Source: Octopus bimaculoides (taxonomy: Eukaryota). Taken from it: a stretch of 47,067 nucleotides of DNA. Below the pieces are notes generated by a model that made no database searches, was not told the origin of the DNA, and saw only the letters and a list, made by a program, of their open reading frames with translations. Of the stretch, positions 1 to 12,198 are shown piece after piece. How positions within the stretch are numbered: position 1 is the stretch's first letter; each line of letters opens with the position of its first letter. The position numbers were made by a program, and so were the translations under genes. The stretch is from NCBI RefSeq assembly GCF_001194135.2, contig NC_068997.1:32513043-32560109 (forward strand), read 5' to 3'.

Positions 1-60
<60 letters not shown>

Positions 61-96
61 AATAATAATAATCATCATCATCATAATAATAATAAT
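1..96. repeat. (AAT)n microsatellite
   Basis: Direct inspection. Confidence 0.98.
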
Positions 97-114
97 ATGG
101 CGGTGAGTTGGTCG

Positions 115-321
115 GGTGGCGAGCTGGCAGAATTGTTAGCACGCCGGGCGAAATGCTCTGCAGTATTTCGTCTGCCGTTACGTTCAGAGTTCAAATTCCG
201 CCGAGGTCGACTTTGCCTTTCCTCCTTACGGGGTGGATTAAATAAGTACCAGTTACGCACTGGGGTCGATGTAATCGACTTAGTCCCTTTGCCTGTCCTT
301 GTTTGTCTCCTCTATGTTTAG
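115..321 (+). mobile_element. tRNA-derived SINE, family A (octopus OK-like)
   Basis: A-box-like TGGCAGAATTG, B-box-like GAGTTCAAATTCC, core GAGGTCGACTTTGCCTTTC...AATAAGTACCAGTT shared with other copies in the window. The family name is from recall, not a database search. Confidence 0.85.
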
Positions 322-405
322 GTCCTGGGGTCGCTTCGCTCGACAAAAACCTTTCAGTGCCGTGTCCCAGCGTGGCCACAGTCCTTTCACTGAAAGAAGT
401 AAAAG
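322..405 (+). mobile_element. 3' tail fragment of SINE family B
   Basis: GTCCTGGGGTCG...CCAGCGTGGCCACAGTC...ACTGAAAGAAGTAAAAGA matches the tails of the family B copies. Confidence 0.7.
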
Positions 406-872
406 ACCAGTGATATTCAGGGCTACATTATATGTCCTTTGTTTCTTAAACTAAAACAGCGGGTGGGGGTCATTTGAGGATAAAACTGACCAGCATATTT
501 AGCCAGGCAAGCGATCTCATCGAATCTCTATTGTTGACTTGTGTTGGACGTCTTGCAGTGTATGCTTATGCTCCTCGGCTCAAATTCTGGGCGTTCCGTC
601 ACAGATTTCAAAGGCAGAAATACCAATAATACCTTGTGTTTGACTCATTGTGACACTCTATCCCCAGGCCTACAGAGACATGTCAAAAGAGGCGTTGCGT
701 TTTTAGGAGATATCGCAGTGCGCGCGCGCGCGTATGTATGTCAAAAGATGCATGTTACAATGCAAAAATACACACACACGCGCGCGCGCATGTGCACACG
801 CACACATACAGTATTGTATAATACACGACAAAAGTGTTTGAGGAGTTTAGATATAATATCTATCTATCCATC

Positions 873-1087
<215 letters not shown>

Positions 1088-1302
1088 AGTTCAGCGCTGC
1101 AACGATAATCAGCTGGTGGAAGATCTGCCTGGAGTTAAACAAGCAGTAACATGGAACAGCTACTTTGATGTAGCGAATGACTTTACTTGTTAGTATAGTT
1201 ACAATTCTGATTTCCAGCTATTTTGCTTGTTGCAAATCAGTGACCGATGGTCGCTTTGTTTACAATATATTGCTGGCTTGAGTGGACCCTGGCTATCGTT
1301 CC

Positions 1303-1374
1303 GGCGGCCAGGTGCTCGCGATTGAGGAGGAGCCAACCAGCTCGAAACTGAATCAGTCTCGCAATCCTGTTGTC
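1303..1374 (+). ncRNA. Type I hammerhead-ribozyme-like fold with variant core (U3, extra G after A9)
   Basis: Stem I GCGA 1318-21/UCGC 1359-62 plus CAGG 1309-12/CCUG 1366-69; core UUGAGGA 1322-28; stem II GAGC/GCUC with loop CAACCA; GAAA 1344-47; stem III CUG/CAG; cleavage triplet GUC 1356-58. Confidence 0.6.
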
Positions 1375-1656
1375 TGCTAAAGGTTAGTAGGGGAACATGC
1401 ACAGTACTACAACTTCAACGAAGCATTTAACCCGAATTCGATCTCGCACATAAAGCTACATTGACCTATTAACAGAAAATGGATAGTATTCCTCTCGTAA
1501 AAGACTTACAATACCAGAAACAAGTCAGATCGATCTCACTTCTACCAAAGAAGAGATCAAATAATCCTGTCATTTACCCACTTCATGTGGAACCTTGAAT
1601 TGTATATGTGACTGTATAATTTATCAATGTCTGTATAAATATGTGCCTGTATGTAT

Positions 1657-1711
<55 letters not shown>

Positions 1712-1989
1712 ATATATATATACACAAATATATACATATATACGCACACAGACACACACACACAGACACGGACACAAACACACACACACATATATATATA
1801 TAATGCAAAGATATATACAGAGCAGGGTTCCATATATTTAATATAAAAAAAACCCCTCATCCCATCCTTCTCCCGACATGGTGTGAGGAGGATAGCAACC
1901 ACTTTACAATGAAAAATTGATGTTAGACTAACTTTCCGTGGACGGCTCAGTGTGCAGTAGAGCATAAAACGTTAATAATATATTCATAA

Positions 1990-2020
<31 letters not shown>

Positions 2021-2093
2021 CACACACACACACACTCACACACACATACAAACACACAAACATGTATGCATATTATTTGATTGAATGTATGTA

Positions 2094-3309
2094 CAGGGTG
2101 CGATGAGTAAATTGTCATCATTTTATACCTTTAATTTCGCGCATGCGCATTGTTTGTTTTTGATTTTGTCGACTACACAGTATAATAGGGTTAGTAGGGC
2201 ACCGTTTGTGAGTAAAACAGCACCATGACACAATTCACTCTGCCAAAAATTTGGAAACGACATGCTGTGTTGCTTGGCATTCGCGCCGGAAGCTCCAATA
2301 CGAACGTTTCAGAGGGTTTGGGTGTCAATCTGAGGATAGTGCAGAGGATTGGGAAAGAGTTGAATGAGTCTAATGATGATTACGAAGGTACGGCAGCTCG
2401 GAAAACTCACTCTGGGCGTTCTGATAAGAAAAGAACTCCTGAATTTGTTGGTGGGATCCAGGCAATGATTGACAACGTTCCCTCCAAGTCAATCAGGTCC
2501 ATCACCAGGCACATGGGAGTATCTGAATCTCTTATCAGGTAGGTAGTGCATGAAGACATTCGGTACTCCTCATACAAGATGAGAAAGGGCCAATTTTTAT
2601 CCCAAGCCATCAAGGACAAGAGGAAAGACCGCACTACGAAGCTTTTGAACAAATTCAAGCAACTCCAGTAACCGAACATGCTTTGGTTTTTCTGAGATGC
2701 AATGTCCCCAAAACATGTATCGAAAGTGATAAAAATTAAACATCCAGTCAACACCATGGTATTTGGAGTGATCACTAGTGATGGAGACGTTACACCTCCA
2801 TCTTCCCACAGGGCATCAGGCTCAACACGGAGCCTACATCAAGTGCCTGGAAGAGGTAGTGCTACCCTGGGTCAAGAGGGTGGTTGCTGGAAGACAGGAT
2901 TCTGCACCATGCCACACAAGCAGGAGTATCCAGTCATGGCTGTCAGACAATTTCTGCAACCACATCACCCTTAACATCTGGCCACAACCCCCTTGATTAT
3001 TATGTGTGGGGCGCAGTTGAGCAGGAGACCCACAAAACTCCTTGTAATACTAAAGATGAACTGAAGGCAAGGATTATGGCAGCATTCACCAACTTGAACA
3101 AGGGGACCGTCCAGAAGACGTGCAGGAGATTCCGAAGAAGACGTCTGGAGGTCGTGGTTGAAGCCAATGGCGATTTTATTGAAGACGTTCACTCTTTAGT
3201 ATTTCAAGGTATTTTCCTGTAATTTTGGTTAATATATCTCTTAAAATGAGATGTCAGTGTTATTTTCACTTTTGCGCAATGTAGACGACAATCCATCCAC
3301 TGCACTCTG
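2094..3309 (+). mobile_element. Decayed Tc1/mariner transposon, probably maT/DD37D-like
   Basis: TA at 2092-93 and 3310-11; degenerate TIRs (CAGGGTGCGATGAGTAAATTGTC versus GACAATCCATCCACTGCACTCTG); frameshifted transposase 2225-3200 with WFF*D, QDSAPCH and NPLDYYVWG. D37D spacing is inferred after allowing for a ~17-nt deletion. Confidence 0.88.
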
Positions 3310-3346
3310 TATGTATGTATGTATGTAAGTATGTATGTGTATGTGC

Positions 3347-3393
<47 letters not shown>

Positions 3394-3981
3394 TATCATA
3401 TACACACACGTACACACATATACATATTAATGCAAAAAGAAAACAATAAGAGTGGGACAAGTCTTGATAAATGTTGTATTAGTTTAACGCTTGAAAAAAA
3501 GGAAAAATGTCACGACGTTTCAATCACTAGAACTTCATTAGCAGAAAATAAATGAGAAAAGGTAGTTGAAGGTTCAGTTATTCGATCAACTGTATTACCT
3601 GCTTCTGAATTAACTTACAAATGATTAACCATTCCGTAGATACGTGTGCTCTCAACCCAATCCCCTGGTAAAATCTGTATAACAAAGTGTGTGACAAGGC
3701 TGTATCTTTGAGTCACAGGTACGATCTACCCGACGGGCTTCTGCAAAATTTCTGCTCACCAAATTGCACTGTGGCTAAAGAAAATGACATCTGATCAATA
3801 TGCTATGCGGCAGGATCGAAACTGAGACCTCACATTTGTGAAGTATTAAAGCTGTTAATAGACGAAAACTCTTAAAGGTGGTGCTCTGTCATGACCGCAA
3901 ACCAATATCAATATACTTATTATGCGTGTGAATGTGATACATTCTAATGGTTGTTGTAGTGCTGATAACGATCACGTCTTG

Positions 3982-4200
3982 CAGGGGTTCTTAACCATTT
4001 TTCATCTATGGATCCCTTTGATTACTATTTTATTCTGGTGGACCCCTATTGACGTTCAATGTTTATGAACTACTTTTAGAGGAACTTCTTTCAAATTTTG
4101 TATTTTGTTTTCCAAACATTAACTTGTGCAGGTTGAACTATGTAAAACGTTAAAGAAACCAAGCTGTTTCTTGCAATAAATACATCTAAACCAAAACGTT
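3982..4200 (+). mobile_element. 5' part of a hAT-type MITE
   Basis: Starts CAGGGGTTCTTAACCATTTTT, a typical hAT MITE terminus. The right end was not found (N-gap follows). Confidence 0.45.
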
Positions 4201-4875
4201 TTCATCGACGCTTAATATACTNNNNNNNNNNNNNNNNNNNNNNNNNNNNNNNNNNNNNNNNNNNNNNNNNNNNNNNNNNNNNNNNNNNNNNNNNNNNNNN
4301 NNNNNNNNNNNNNNNNNNNNNNNNNNNNNNNNNNNNNNNNNNNNNNNNNNNNNNNNNNNNNNNNNNNNNNNNNNNNNNNNNNNNNNNNNNNNNNNNNNNN
4401 NNNNNNNNNNNNNNNNNNNNNNNNNNNNNNNNNNNNNNNNNNNNNNNNNNNNNNNNNNNNNNNNNNNNNNNNNNNNNNNNNNNNNNNNNNNNNNNNNNNN
4501 NNNNNNNNNNNNNNNNNNNNNNNNNNNNNNNNNNNNNNNNNNNNNNNNNNNNNNNNNNNNNNNNNNNNNNNNNNNNNNNNNNNNNNNNNNNNNNNNNNNN
4601 NNNNNNNNNNNNNNNNNNNNNNNNNNNNNNNNNNNNNNNNNNNNNNNNNNNNNNNNNNNNNNNNNNNNNNNNNNNNNNNNNNNNNNNNNNNNNNNNNNNN
4701 NNNNNNNNNNNNNNNNNNNNNNNNNNNNNNNNNNNNNNNNNNNNNNNNNNNNNNNNNNNNNNNNNNNNNNNNNNNNNNNNNNNNNNNNNNNNNNNNNNNN
4801 NNNNNNNNNNNNNNNNNNNNNNNNNNNNNNNNNNNNNNNNNNNNNNNNNNNNNNNNNNNNNNNNNNNNNNNNNNN

Positions 4876-5511
4876 AGTGAGTGAGTGAGTGAGTGAGTGA
4901 GTGAGTGAGTGAGTGAGTGAGTGAGTGAGTGTGTGTGTGTGTGAATGAGTGATTAAGTGTGCGAGCGAGCGAATATGCAAATGAGTGAATGAGTAGGTGA
5001 GTGAGTGAATGAGCGGGCGAACGAGTGAGAACGTGAGTGATTGAATGAGTGAGTGAATGAATGAGTGAGTGAATGTGAGGGCAAATGAGTGAGTGAGTGA
5101 GTGAATGACTGAGTGGGTGAGTAAGTGTGAAAGTGAGTGAGTGAAGGTGTGAGCGAGCGAGTGAAGAAATGAGTGAATGGTGAGTGAGTGGGTGAGTGAG
5201 TGAGTGAGTGAGTGAATGAGTGAGTGAGTGAGTGAGTGAGTGAGTGAGTGATTGCATGATCAAATGAATGTGCAAATGAGTGAATGAGTGAGTCGGTGAG
5301 TGAGATTTAGTGAGTGAGTGAATAGGTGAGTAAATGAGTGAGGGCATGGGTAAGCAAATGAGTGAAGGAGTGAGTGAGTGCGCGGACGGGTGAGCAAATG
5401 AGTGAGTGAGAGAGTGAGTGAATGAGTGAGCGAGTGACGAACGAATGAACAAGTGAGTGAATGCGTGAGTGAATGAGTGAGTGAGTGGATGAGTGAGTGA
5501 GTGAGTGAGTG
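4876..5511. repeat. Long degenerate (GAGT)n tetranucleotide array
   Basis: Direct inspection; abuts the N-gap 4222-4875. Confidence 0.97.
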
Positions 5512-5656
5512 ACTAGTTGCGGTGATTATTCAGAAAACTAAAGAGTAACGAGGAATTTCCATGTCTTGCTTTAACACACACGAAAACCTTTTGATAGAGT
5601 TCTTCATGACAACTTGTGATGAGAGAAGGCAGAAATGGAATTTATCTTTATTTTTC

Positions 5657-6097
5657 TTTTATCTTTTACTTCTTCCACTCATTAGACTGCGGCTATGCTG
5701 GGGCACAGCCTTGGAGAATTTTTAATCGAATTTATCGGCCCCAATATTTATCTTTTTGATAAACCTGGTACTTATTTTATCGGTCTCTTCGCCGAAACGC
5801 TAAGTTACAGGAACGTAAACACACCAGCTCCGGTTGTCAAGCGCTGGTGGGGAACAAAGACAGACACGAAGTTATACACATATACACACACATGCACACA
5901 CACGCATGCATATATATATATATATATATACATACGACAGGCTTCTTTCAGTTTCCGTCTGCCAAATCCACTCACAAGACTTTCATAGGCCCGAGGCTGT
6001 AGTAGAAGACACTTGCCTAAAGTGCCACGCAGTGGGACTAAATCCTGCACCATGTGATTGGAAAACAAACATCTTACCACACAGTCGCGCCGGCGCC
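5657..6097 (-). mobile_element. Full-length SINE family B (CORE-type, OR1/OR2-like)
   Basis: Minus strand reads GGCGCGACTGTGTGGTAAGA...GTCCCACTGCGTGGCACTTTAGGCAAGTGTCTTCTACT (tRNA-like head plus CORE-like TGGCACCTTGGGCAAGT), with a microsatellite in the middle and an A-rich tail. Confidence 0.88.
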
Positions 6098-6261
6098 TAA
6101 AATTCCCTTTTATTCTCAGTAAGTGGTAACTGCCAAAACTAATGTGGCTTTTATTGAATGGTCTGAGATTAAGTGGTTGTACGACAATGATGTAGCTTTT
6201 CTTTCCTGCTCAACATCTATGCATTAAGTGTAATGAGGGAAGCTCTAGATTTTGAGTCTAC

Positions 6262-6692
6262 AATTCAAATCGATGGAAGAATGGGGACCAATCTAAGATA
6301 TGCCAACGATAGTGTCCTTGTTAATGGTGAGTGAGAAGAATTGATGATTTGAAGAATGTAAACGAAAATGTGAAGAGTATGGTTTATTCATTAATTTTGA
6401 CAAAACTCAATCGATGATTACTTCAGGAGCATGTAATCAAGATAATCCTTCGATAATTGATAATTAACCTGTCACAGTGTCGTATGAATTTTGCTATCTT
6501 TGAAGTATTAAAGGAAATTGAAGGAAAAGAAGAACCTTGTCAAAAACAAAATCTGATTGCTTTTTAAACCGTATTTGAAGGATTAAATTCAAAGATTTTT
6601 AAAAAGTCAAAATTGTTGCCTGCACACATTGGTATGTTCAATCGTACGCATGGATCTTTAAGAAAACCGAAAAAGAAATAAAAGTTTGCAAG
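6262..6692 (+). mobile_element. Degraded RTE-like LINE reverse transcriptase remnant
   Basis: Manual translation gives NLRYANDSVL (YADD motif), CEEYGLFINFDKTQSMIT and EFCYL*S, with stops and frameshifts. Confidence 0.75.
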
Positions 6693-6986
6693 GTTAGTGT
6701 AATATGATAATGATAATAATTGTTTCCTTGGTCTTTACAGTCTCCAGATGAAGCGAGTGGTTCAAGAAAGTGGAATTTTCTCTGTTTCTACATTTGAGGG
6801 AATGCATTTTTTTTTTTTTGTATAAATCATTTCTTGGAATTATCGGAAACAACGGCTCGTCTTCCTTTTTACTTAATAGGAGTCATCGTGAAACAGAAGT
6901 GACTTTGTAGCGTTCATAATGATTCTAATGTCAAAGTTGCTGACTCAAGTAAAATATTTATCGCAATCTAAGTTATCTTGATATTA

Positions 6987-7178
6987 TTTTCAAATCTTGG
7001 CACAAGGCCAGCAATTTTGTGGGAGGGGTTAAGTTGATTACAACAGCCCCAGTGATCAAATGGTACTTATTTTATCCTCACTGAAACGATGAAAGGCAAA
7101 GTCGACCTGTAAAGACAGACGAAATGCCGCTAAGCATTTTGCCCGGCGCGGTGTCGATTCTGCTAGCTTGCCGCCTTA
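6987..7178 (-). mobile_element. SINE family A, internally deleted
   Basis: Reverse complement of the family A head and core. Confidence 0.85.
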
Positions 7179-7189
7179 AGTTATTTTGA

Positions 7190-7600
7190 TATTGAAATCC
7201 ACTATATTAAACTGTGCGAATTTGCAGGATATTTTATTCCTGATACTACGGAACCAGTTGATTATAGAGGCACTGCAATCCCATTGGATTATTCCTGTAT
7301 ACCTTCTGTTATCAGAGTTAATACGTCGAGAATACGTTTACTTACAATGCCTACCTCGCTCACGCTTAATGGATTTAGGATAGGAAAGGAAGCTGGGCTT
7401 GTGGTCCTTATCGTGATATAAGGGCTGCGAGGTGAGGTGGTCTGCACGATCTTCCATCTTTAGGACAGTAGCTAACTCCTTCGTTCCTGTGTTTGTATCA
7501 TTGTATGATGAGATGTAAACTTTCTTGTATGATTTGGTGATGGTGTTTGAGAGAAAACTTTTGGGTGTGGTGTTTCCTTCGTGTAAGTTTTCTGATTGGT
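7190..7600 (-). mobile_element. Penelope-like element reverse transcriptase remnant
   Basis: Minus-strand translation across frameshifts: NTITKSYKK...EDRADH...YIT.KDHKPSF...NP.SEVGIVSKRILD...QW.CSASIINWFRSIRNK..CKFAQFNIVDF, the N-terminal RT motif series of invertebrate PLEs. Confidence 0.75.
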
Positions 7601-7859
7601 CAAAGGGAGTGAGTATATTACGGAATAGGTCAAAGGGTGACGGATTAAAAAGATTTGGAAGAGGTTAGAACGATGCCCAAATCTTTATTTAGAAGCAGCC
7701 ATTACTCTCGCGAAACCATGGATCTGCACCTAGAAAGTCTTATTGGCAGAACAGTATCAACTGTTACCGCAGAGACCGTCTTGTGAGTGACAATCCTGAT
7801 TGCAGACACATTTGAAGGCACTCATTGCCTAGCTTGTTCTAGTGCTGTTTTTCCGCTGG

Positions 7860-8165
<306 letters not shown>

Positions 8166-8857
8166 ACATCTTTAATACACTCTTATGCACACACATATTT
8201 AGAGGCGTGGAAATGGATACAACTGGTTAGCTATTGTGTTTCTGCCAGACCGTGTCTGTCTTTTTGCTCCTCCATAAATAGCGAACACTGTGCGTGCGCT
8301 TTTTCTCTCTCCTTCCCCAACCACAAGGACCATCATTGCGACCGACATCGTCGTCCTCAGCACTACCGTCATCATCGTAGTCGTCGTCGTCATCATCATC
8401 ATCATCGTCTCTGTTACGATCCCTACAGCCTACTACTAAATATCAGCACCACACCCAACAACATGTCGCCACCGCCTTACCCCTACAACCACCACTTTCC
8501 TTCAACAACTCCCACAAACAATAACAACAGCAACAAACAGCCCATCACCCTATCATCTCCACTATGGTCTTTAAAAACTTAGATGATATGGCTCAAACGA
8601 CGTGTGACCTAGCATTTAGCTGCAGTGACAGTTATTATCGTTCTATTTAAAGCTGTTCTTAATCTCTATTGTTGCCAATCATGTCACTGGCTCCACACTC
8701 TCTTTTTCTCCCCAATCCCTATTATCCACTGTCCAGCCTGAACTTCTCGCTAGGCCCCCGTCTTGCATGTGCACAGCCAGACGCCTTGAAAAGGATAGAT
8801 GTCGCTCCAATGTAGCAATTGCTACGGACGTGGTAACTTTTGTTTTTACAAGTAAAC

Positions 8858-8968
8858 ATGTATGTATGTATGTATGTATGTATGTATGTATGTATGTATG
8901 TATGTATGTATGTATGCATGTATGTATGTATGTATGCATGTATGTATGTATGTATGCATGCATGTATG

Positions 8969-9051
<83 letters not shown>
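8858..9051. repeat. (ATGT)n-(GT)n microsatellite
   Basis: Direct inspection. Confidence 0.97.
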
Positions 9052-9052
<1 letters not shown>

Positions 9053-9269
9053 TGCAGTTCCTGATGTCTTGCCAATAGAGTAAGAGACGGTTTCTAACCT
9101 AAATCCAAGACTCCTTCATTGGAATTTCAACATCAACAACAGTATGTATGTATGTGCGTATGTATGTATGTATGTATGTATGTATGTATGTATGTATGTG
9201 TATGTATGTATCCACTGGGTAGCTAATTTCCACAACTGTGCACAGTTTCTCTTCTCTATCCCAAAGCAT

Positions 9270-9442
9270 TATATCATTTTCTGTTGTGCTTACATTTTAT
9301 TGAGGTCTTCACTGATATATTCCACCAGTATTCCTTTTTATTATGAGTGGCTATGGATTCTACCATATTGTGGGTTCTTACTTCGTTGTCCTCGGGATTA
9401 CCCTTCCGACGGATTTCATTACGGAGTGTCCTGGCTACATCA
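9270..9442 (-). mobile_element. R4/Dong-like (REL endonuclease) LINE fragment
   Basis: ORF 9274-9507(-) contains RHDVARTLRNEI...KEYWWNISVKTSIKCKHNR, homologous to the 34061-35035 element (CCHC-to-REL linker). Confidence 0.75.
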
Positions 9443-9789
9443 TGTCTGTATATATGTACGTATGTATATATGTATGTGTGTATGTATGTATGTATATATG
9501 TATGCATGTATGTATGAATCTTTTATCTTTTACATGTTTCAATCATTAGACTACGGCCATGCTGGGTCACCACCACGAATTTAAAGTTAAGTCCGGCGAT
9601 GACGGTTTCTCCAGTCCTAATAGCATTTCCCTAGTCCTTTGTAAACCGCAGCAAAGTGTGCAAACACAACGCTATCGTCGTCTTTCCATTCAGATGAGGA
9701 AGTCAAGAAAGTTTCCAAACGTTAATGGACACAAGGAGACTATAGTTATAAACCAAACAATAAGAGGTTAATAAGGAAATAAGAAAAAT

Positions 9790-9895
9790 CTAGAGAGAGA
9801 GACTGACAGAGAGACAGAGACAGAGACAGACAGACAGACAGATGGACAGATGGACAGACAGACAGGTAGACAGACAGACTGACAGACAGACAGAC

Positions 9896-9940
<45 letters not shown>

Positions 9941-10010
9941 TACAAGGAGAGAAAATCACAGATAGAGAGACAAAGACAGAGACACACTGACAGACAGACG
10001 GACAGAGAAC
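9790..10010. repeat. (AGAC)n/(AGAT)n microsatellite
   Basis: Direct inspection. Confidence 0.95.
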
Positions 10011-10794
10011 GACGATGATGATGCTTTCAGCACAAACTCCGTCGTCTGCAACATTCCGGTTCCTAATATAGTTGTTGTTTTTCTTTAATTCGTGTTATTT
10101 TAGCAGATGAATTTTCTTTGGCTGAAAAAAGAACGTTAAGTGGCGCTTAAGAAGTTTTCTGATACCAGATACTTTAATTCTAAACAACTATTATGGTATA
10201 TCTCTATGAGAGATAATTTGATATAAGCCGATATCTAATGACTGATCATTTATTAGAGTGATTTTAATTGACGAGTGATCTTTTATTTCTAAACAATCCT
10301 GAGAAGATGAGTCCGTAAACAGGCTTCGAAATCTGTCCTTCAAAGATGGAATGGACATTACTATCACTTCCCTAAAAATATGGGGTTTTGTGTGTGTTGT
10401 ATAAAACTAAAATAAAACAGTCGAGACTGAAAACGCGGACATTGCCAGACAAAATAATTTAATCTGTCTAGTTTCGGCCTTTTGTGCACTGAGTTCAAAT
10501 TCTACCTGGCTACATTTACCTTTCATCTCTTCAAGGACAAAAACATAACATCTACTCTGCTTTTCCTCTATAAATTTGTCATTACGCACAGTTATCATTA
10601 TGACAAAGCAATAGATAAGCCGTATATTCTTGGCAAAACTCGAGAACAATAGCATCCGAACTTCTCAATGAATCTCAGGCTTTTTTATTTATTTATATAA
10701 GAAATCATTATTAACTAAGCTCATTCGTTGTAGTTTGTTTTATTAAATCAAATTCGGGAGCTATTATGCTCACGTGTGCGTTTGTGCATGTATC

Positions 10795-10843
<49 letters not shown>

Positions 10844-11587
10844 TGTGTGTTTGCGTGCGTGTGTATGTGTGTATGTGTGTATATATGTATATGTATATAT
10901 NNNNNNNNNNNNNNNNNNNNNNNNNNNNNNNNNNNNNNNNNNNNNNNNNNNNNNNNNNNNNNNNNNNNNNNNNNNNNNNNNNNNNNNNNNNNNNNNNNNN
11001 NNNNNNNNNNNNNNNNNNNNNNNNNNNNNNNNNNNNNNNNNNNNNNNNNNNNNNNNNNNNNNNNNNNNNNNNNNNNNNNNNNNNNNNNNNNNNNNNNNNN
11101 NNNNNNNNNNNNNNNNNNNNNNNNNNNNNNNNNNNNNNNNNNNNNNNNNNNNNNNNNGAAAACAAATAATTATGCGTGCGTGTACGTGTATATATCTACG
11201 TTTATGGTTGGGGTATAATTATATTATGTACATATATTTAAAAATTTCGCATGTCTATCACATCTTTCCCCCACTTTTTTTTTTTTGTTACAGTGCATGT
11301 GCACAAGCCGACCGTCATTTCCGCTTTTTGGCATCTTTCCTTGGCGCCATTTTATTGTTATTCAAAAATACATTTCAGCTAACCTCGCTTGGTAAATTTA
11401 ATTTCCGTTTCATATATCAGAAAATTGCAATTCAGTTCCCTTCTTTCATTAATATTTCTCTCCTTCAAGCTTGCTTCTTCAAGCAGTCTTTTGTTAGCAT
11501 TCTCGGTGTCCTTTCACACACATACACATAAGCGCTCAACAGAAAACAAATAAACAAAAATACAAATAATACCATACAAACAACGTT

Positions 11588-12182
11588 TCTTTTCCTTTGC
11601 TTGTTTCACTCATAGGGCTGAGACCATGCTGGAGCACCGCCTTGATGAGTTTAGTTGAGCAAATCAACCTCAGTATTTACTTTTAATGTCTGGTTCTTAT
11701 TCTACCGATCTCTTATGCCGAACCGCAAATTCACGGTGACATAAAAAAGCAACATCGGCAATCACGCGATGGAGAGGGGATAAATGCAATGATGCACACA
11801 CAGACACACACACACACACACACACAGACACACACACACACACACACACACACATGACGGGCTTTCAGTTTCCATTTACCAAATTTACACACAAGAAATT
11901 AATCAACCTGGTGCTGTGGTTGGAGGCTTCTTACCCATGGAGCCGCGCAGTGGGACTGAACATGAAGCCACGTGGTTTCAAAGCGAGCTTCTTAACCACA
12001 CAGCCAGGGCCGGTCCTAGGGTTGCTGGCGTCCCAGGCAAGCTGAACTTCGGTGTGTACAAGCTGACAGTCGTGGAAATTTCCTTATCTTTGTCACACCC
12101 TCCTTGGCGCCCCCTAGTACATGGCGCGCCGGGTGACAACCCAAGTTGCCGATACCTTGAGCTGGCCCTGCACACAGCTATG
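11588..12182 (-). mobile_element. SINE family B interrupted in its head by a hAT MITE
   Basis: Family B body 11588-12004; the head resumes as CACACAGCTA(TG) at 12171-12182. Confidence 0.85.
12005..12170. mobile_element. 166-bp hAT-type MITE
   Basis: TIRs CAGGGCCGG / CTGGCCCTG; perfect 8-bp TSD CACACAGC at 11997-12004 and 12171-12178. Confidence 0.92.
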
Positions 12183-12198
12183 TATATATGGATATATA

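Noticed and set aside
6693-6740. GTTAGT...TTTACAG 48-nt mini-intron after the RTE remnant
   Set aside because: Very short for an intron, and the flanking exons lack coherent coding.
10298-10340. CCTGAGAAGATGAGTCC...GGCTTCGAAATCTGTC, hammerhead-like
   Set aside because: Core spacing is wrong and loop III is too short; at best a heavily decayed remnant.
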